A stretch of 64,000 nt of DNA, from the NCBI GenBank assembly GCA_963813335.1, contig CAWEYL010000001.1:487567-551566 (forward strand), read 5' to 3'. The position numbers and the translations under genes were made by a program. Under the pieces are notes generated by a model, which did no database searches, was not told where the DNA came from, and worked only from the letters and a program-made list of their open reading frames with translations. Positions 58,423 through 64,000 of the stretch are shown one piece after another. Every line of letters starts with the position of its first letter. Position 1 is the stretch's first letter. The stretch is from an uncultured Chloroflexia bacterium (GTDB lineage Bacteria; Chloroflexota; Limnocylindria; Limnocylindrales; CSP1-4).

Positions 58423-59790
58423 TCAGGCCAGCGTTTCGTCGTAGTCGATCGCGCGGCTGCCGGGCGAGATCGCGCATCCACCACCCGCTGTCCTTGACGA
58501 CCCGTCGGAGGTCGTCCTCGACGTCCACCCACGCGATCCCGAAGCGCTGCGTGTAGCCGGCCGCCCACTCGAAGTTGTCCAGCAGGGACCAGGCGAAGTA
58601 GCCGCGGACGTCGCAGCCGTCGTCGATCGCCCGGGCGAGCTGGCCGACGTGGCCGGCCAGGTAGTCGACGCGGTCGGCATCGTGCACGCGCCCGTCGGCG
58701 CCCGGGCCGGTCGGCTCCGCGCACCCGTTCTCGGTGATGTAGATCGGCTTGCCGTAGTCGCGGTGCATCCGCATGACGATGCGGTGGAGCGCCGCCGGCC
58801 AGACCTCCCAGTCCATGGTCGTGCGCGGCCCGGTGCCCGGGATCGCGCCGGAAGGCGGAAGGGCCGCCCTCCGGGTCGTGGGCGACGATGACACGGGAGT
58901 ACATGTTGAGGCCGATGAAGTCGAGCTCGGTCGCCATGGCCGCCATGTCGCCGGGGCGGATGTCCATCGACTCGAGGGCCGCATCCTGGTCGACGAACGC
59001 GCCTGGGTACGAGCCCTTCAGGACGGGGTCAAGGAACCAGGCGTTGCGTTGCGCGTGGAAGCGCTCCCCGGCGGCCAGGTCGAGCGGGTCGCTTGAGGCC
59101 GGGTACACCGCCTCGACGTCGACCGCCGTCCCGATCCGCGTGCCGCCCGGCGCCGCGGCGCGTGCCGCCCGGACGCCCTCCGCGAGGGCCAGGTTCGCGA
59201 TATGGCTCGACCCGCATCGCGAGCGCCGGTTCACGGAGCCCGGGCGCATGGGTGCCGAGCTGGTGGCCCAGGAACACGAAGATCCACGGTTCATTGAGCA
59301 CCATCCAGGTTCGGACCCGGTCACCGAGCGCCCCGACGACCGTCTCCGCGTACCGCGCGAGCTCGCCGATGACCTGGCGGTCCCCCCAGCCGCCCCGATC
59401 CTGGATCCATGTCGGTAGGTCCCAGTGGTACAGGGTCGGATAGGGCTCGACGCCGTTCGCGAGCAACTCGTCGACGAGCCGCCGGTAGTAGTCGAGGCCG
59501 CGCTGGTTCACGGCGCCCCCGGGCTCCGGGAAGATCCGCGGCCACGCGATGCTGAAGCGGTACCCGCTGAGGCCGAGCTCCCGCAGGATCGCCACGTCCT
59601 CGGGGTAGCGGTGGTACTGGTCGCACGCCACGTCGCCCGTGGACCCGTCGACGATGTTGCCGGCGGCGTGGGTGAACCGGTCCCAGATCGACTCGCCCTT
59701 CCCGTCGGCCTGCCAGGCGCCCTCGACCTGGTAGGCCGAGGTCGCCGCGCCCCAGACGAAGCCGGACGGGAACGTCCCCTGCCTCACCAT
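58423..59790 (-). CDS. GH1 beta-glucosidase (at least 3 frameshifts)
   Basis: FPSGFVWGAATSAYQVEG, LNEPW (acid/base Glu), YITENG (nucleophile Glu), WSLLDNFEW. Segments spread over three frames. Ends ...AIDYDETLA. Confidence 0.8.
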
Positions 59791-60711
59791 GGCGCGGGCT
59801 CGTCGATCCGCCGTGACAGCGCCTCTCGCCAGCGCAGCGGGTCGTCCGAGGGGATGTCGCGGACCTCCCAGCGCTCGTCCAGGGTCGTCGAAGCGCCTGG
59901 CGCCAGGACGGCCAGCGGGCCGAGGACCTCCAGCTCGATGAAGCGCGAGCCGCAGTAGGTCTCCACGTTGCATCCGAGGTCCGGGTGCGGCGCACCCGGG
60001 ACGGGCTCGAAGCGGCGCACGATGGCGACCCCGTCCCGGACGTAGGCGACCCAGCCGGAGTCGTCCAGGCAGCCCACCTTGAGGTCGGTCCCGGCGATGG
60101 CGTCCACGGTCACCAGCCCGTCGTGGATATGGAGGCGGGGGTCGTCCAACGACGAGTACGGCCACAGCACGAGGGCGCGGTTCGGCCGCGTCTCGTGCCC
60201 GGCGACCGCCCAGCGCAGCGGCAGCAGCGCCTCGCCCGCCGAGGGGCAGCTGCGTGATCGACCAGGGTGCCAGCTCGAGCGGGTGCGACCCGAGATTGTC
60301 GACCCGGTGGAGGATGGACAGCGACGGCAGGACCGGGTCGAGCCGAACCTCCATCGAGCGGACGCAGCCGGTCGGGGACTCCTCGGCCCCGGTCAGCCGC
60401 ACGCCGTCGGCGAGGAGCTCGACCGCAAGCCCCTCGGAGTCCGGGACGGCCGCCCGCTCGGAGTCCTCGGGCGCCAGCCACAACCGGTGTCCGCCGAGGA
60501 GCTCGTAGCGCCCGAGCGCCGTCTCCCAGCCGAGGTCCGGCGTCTCGGCGAGGAGATTGGCCGGGGAGCCGTGGCGCCGCAGGCCGACGATCCGGGGCCC
60601 CGCGGCGGCGAGCATCTCGATGACGATCGCGCCGTTGGCGATGCGCAGGGTCGGGCGCCCGTGGAAGTCCCCGGGCGTGGTCCGGACGCCGATGTCGTCC
60701 GACTCGATCAT
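59784..60711 (-). CDS. hypothetical protein in cellobiose locus (frameshift about 60235)
   Basis: ATGA overlap with the GH94 stop and ATG-G-TGA junction with the GH1 start. No family assigned. Confidence 0.45.
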
Positions 60712-63209
60712 GTGACCAGGACCTCGACGCGGACGCCGGGCGTGCCGGGTGCCGCGAGCGGGATCAGCGTGCCCTCGATCGGCCGCCCGTCGACGAGGAC
60801 CGACACCTCGGCGGGAGGTTCAGCGGCGGGGCCGTCGGATCCCGCGGCGGGCAGCGCGCGGCGGTCCTGGCGCACGGCGATGTCGTAGGTCGTGCCGCGG
60901 AACCGCCGGCTCGCCCGGAACGACGTCCACGATCGGGGGATCACGGGCTCGATCCGCAGCCCGTGGTGCTCGGGCCGGATGCCCAGGATCCACTGGCTGA
61001 TCGCGACCATGTTCCAGGCCGCCGTCCCGGTCAGCCACGAGTTCTTCGCCTCGCCCGTGCGTCGGCGGCGTCGCGCCCGGCGATCATCTGCGCGTAGACG
61101 TACGGCTCGCAGCGGTGCACGTCCGAGATCGCCTCGCGGGCCGACGGGTTGATGCGCAGGTAGTAGTCGAGCGCGCCGTCGCCGTTGCCCGTGATCGCCT
61201 CGGCGATCATCAGCCACGGGTTCGTGTGGCAGAAGACGCCGGCGTTCTCCTTGTAGCCCGGCGGGTACGACGAGATCTCGCCGAGCTCGAGGTGGTAGGT
61301 CGCGTAGGCCGGCTGCTGGAGCACGATCCCGTGGGGCGTCGCGAGCCGCTCGCGGACGGATGCGATCGCGGTCCGCGTGCGCCCGTCGTCGAGGCCGACA
61401 CCCGCCATCGCCATCAGCCCCTGCGGCTCGATGAAGATCTGGCCCTCCTCGTTCTCGGCCGACCCCACCGACGTTCCCGACGTGGTCGTACGCCCGTCGG
61501 TACCAGGCCCCGTCCCAGCCGTACGCCTCGATCGACGCGGTCATCGCCGCCGCCGCCGCGCCGCAGCGGGCCGCCTCGCGCCTCGTCGCCGCGCAGCCGG
61601 GCGATCGCCTCCGCCTCGCGCGCGGCGAGCACGAAGAGGCCGGCGATGAACACGGACTCGGCGACGCCGCCGGGCCGGTTCGGCGCCGTCTGGAAGGACT
61701 CGCCGGGTCGGTCGGAGAAGACGTTGAGGTTGAGGCAGTCGTTCCAGTCGGCCCGCCCGATGAGCGGCAGGCCGTGCGGCCCGAGCTCGCTCGAGCGTGA
61801 AGTCGATGCACCGCCGCAGGTGGTCGTGGAGCGGCGTCTCCGAGCCCTCCTGCGTTGTCCCACGGCACGGGCTCGTCGAGGATCGCCAGGTCGCCGGTCT
61901 CCTTGAGGTAGGCCGCGACGCCCAGCACGAGCCACGCCGGGTCGTCGTTGAACCCGGAGCCGACGTCGTGGTTGCCGCGCTTCGTGAGCGGCTGGTACTG
62001 GTGGTAGGCGCCGCCGTCGGGCAGCTGGGTCGCGGCGATGTCCAGGATGCGCGCCCGGGCCCGCTCCGGGACCATGTGGACGAAGCCGAGCAGGTCCTGG
62101 TTGGAGTCCCGGAACCCCATGCCCCGCCCGATGCCCGACTCGAACATCGACGCCGAGCGCGACAGGTTGAACGTGACCATGCACTGGTAGGGGTTCCAGG
62201 TGTTGACCATGCGGTCGACGTGCGGGTCGCCGGTGGCCACCTGGAGGGCGCCGAGACGATCCGTCCAGGTCGCGCGCAGGCGCGGCGAGGTCGTCGTCGA
62301 CCTGCCCCTCGCCGCCGGTAGCGGTCGATCACCGCCCGGGCCCGCGTCGTGTCCGGCCGGCCGGAGCCGGGCGGGTCGAACTTGGCCGTCGGCCGGGTTC
62401 TCCGTGTAGCCCAGCACGAAGGTCACGTCGCGCGACTCACCCGGTTCGAGCACCAGCGTCGCCTGGAGCGCCCCGACCGGCTGCCAGCCGTGGGCGATCG
62501 AGCCGGCCATCGCGCCGCGTCTCCACGGCGACCGGCCGGTCCCAGCCCCGGTAGGCGCCGAGGAACGCCTCTCGCGACGTGTCGAACCCGGCCACCGGCG
62601 CCGAGCACGCGAACCAGGCGAAGTGGTCGCGGCGCTCGCGGTACTCGGTCACGTGGTAGACGACGCCGTCCTCGACGAGGACCTCGCCGGTGGACAGGTT
62701 GCGCTGGAAGTTCGTGGCGTCGTCCTGGGCGTCCCAGAGGCAGAACTCGACGGCGCCGAACGAGCGACAGCGCGCGCCGGCGTCCGGCCGCTCGTTGGTC
62801 ACGCGCGTCCGCCAGACCTCGAGCGTCTCCCCGGGCGGCACGAGGTAGGTGGTCTCGGCGCGGATGCCGCCGCGCACGCCGGTGATGACCGTGTACCCGA
62901 GGCCGTGGCGGCAGGCTGTAGGCGTCGAGCTCGCGCTGCGTCGGCTGCCAGCCCGGGTTCCAGTAGTCGCCGGTGTCGTCGTCGCGCAGGTAGAGGAAGC
63001 GGCCGCCCACGTCGAGCGGGGCGTTGTTGTAGCGGTAGCGGATCAGCCGTCGCAGCCGTGCATCGCGGAAGAAGGAGTACCCGCCGGCGGTGTTGGAGAC
63101 GAGCGCGAAGTAGTCCTCGCTGCCCGAGGTAGTTGATCCACGGCAGCGGCGTGTCCGGGCGGGTGATGACGTATTCCCGCCGCTCGTCGTCGAAGTGGCC
63201 GAAGCGCAA
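60708..63209 (-). CDS. GH94 cellobiose/cellodextrin phosphorylase (many frameshifts)
   Basis: TTG start with GAAGGAG RBS. N-terminus [66 protein letters not shown] motifs, scattered over all three minus frames. Confidence 0.75.
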
Positions 63210-63271
63210 CCGAGATCTCCTTCGTCCGGATGTCAGGGACCCGGTTCCGTGCTGGCGCTCGGCGGCCCGAG

Positions 63272-64000
63272 CCTACTTGTCGACGCCGGTGACGACGACG
63301 CCGCGCATGAACGCCCGCTGGGCGAGCAGGAAGACCACGATCGGGACGACCATCGTCATGAACGCAGCCGCCTGGATCAGCGTGGGCTGCGTGGCGTACA
63401 GCGCGTTGTACTGCTGGATCCCGAGTCGACAGCGGCTGCAGGTCGGGCTTGCTGGCCAGATAGAGCAGCGGCACGAAGAAGTCGTTCCAGGCGAAGAAGA
63501 AGTGGAACAGGCAGACGGCGGTGATGGCCGCGACGGACTGCGGGACGATGATCGAGCGCAGGATCCGGAACGGGCCGGCCCCGTCGATCATCGCGGCCTC
63601 GTCGAGCTCGCGCGGGATCGACATGAAGTACTGGCGCAGCAGGAAGACGTTGTAGGCGTTCGCGAAGAAGTGCGGGATGATCAGCGGGCAGCCACGTTCC
63701 GTTCCAGCCGAGCCAGGTGAAGATCACGTAGGTCGGCAGCAGCGTTACCTGGAACGGCAGGATGATCGTGGCGATCAGGATGATGAAGAAGGCGTTGCGC
63801 CCCGGGAACCGGAACCGGGCGAAGCCGTAGGCCACCAGGATGGACGAGAAGATCGCGCCGATCGTGCTCAGGACGGCGATCCCGACGGTGTTCCGCAGCA
63901 GGAGCGGGAAGTTCATCTGGTTCCACGCCTGGGTGTAGTTCTCGACGAGCGGGTCGAACTTCCAGGCCTGCTCCAGGGTCCGCCAGCGGCCGACCCATTC
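63272..64000 (-). CDS. carbohydrate ABC transporter permease (MalG/CUT1-type), 5' partial, frameshifted
   Basis: Conserved EAA-loop region ([23 protein letters not shown]). Ends ...VVTGVDK. Continues past the window end. Confidence 0.7.

Overview
High-GC (about 70%) bacterial chromosomal window. It is most likely an actinobacterium or a related high-GC Gram-positive. This is inferred from an LppX/LprG-family lipoprotein, a SARP-type regulator, groES-groEL behind a CIRCE operator, many GTG/TTG starts, 4-nt start/stop overlaps and leaderless -10 boxes. I found no rRNA, tRNA, CRISPR array, transposase or integrase.

Gene content, left to right:
- Two convergent Opp/Dpp-type peptide ABC transporter operons (1-9380).
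- A translationally coupled C-N hydrolase + NadE + RsmI block, then a Ca2+/H+ antiporter.
- An aldehyde dehydrogenase + DUF779 pair.
- An SSB paralog.
- A divergent pair of Vgb-like beta-propeller proteins (16280-19471). One is a lipoprotein; the other is a membrane-anchored SARP regulator with an extracytoplasmic propeller domain. This is the most novel-looking system in the window.
- A TM-GGDEF-HD-GYP gene.
- A contiguous purA-purD-purB-purC-purS-purQ-purL-purF-purM-purN-purH cluster (21613-34894).
- An ArsR-family regulator + MFS pair with an AT-rich palindromic operator.
- metG-tatD, a Ser/Pro-repeat lipoprotein, groES-groEL.
- A two-gene operon of unknown secreted/hypothetical proteins.
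- uvrD/pcrA, an FMN hydroxy-acid dehydrogenase, ligA, gatCA, an aminotransferase.
- A cellobiose locus on the minus strand (GH1 beta-glucosidase, unknown protein, GH94 phosphorylase, sugar permease).

About 30 single-base indel frameshifts interrupt otherwise well-conserved genes. They cluster in the pur cluster, uvrD and the cellobiose locus. Many are a G or C inserted directly before ATC or ATG. I read this as assembly or basecalling error rather than biology. Exact starts, ends and frames in the affected genes are therefore approximate.
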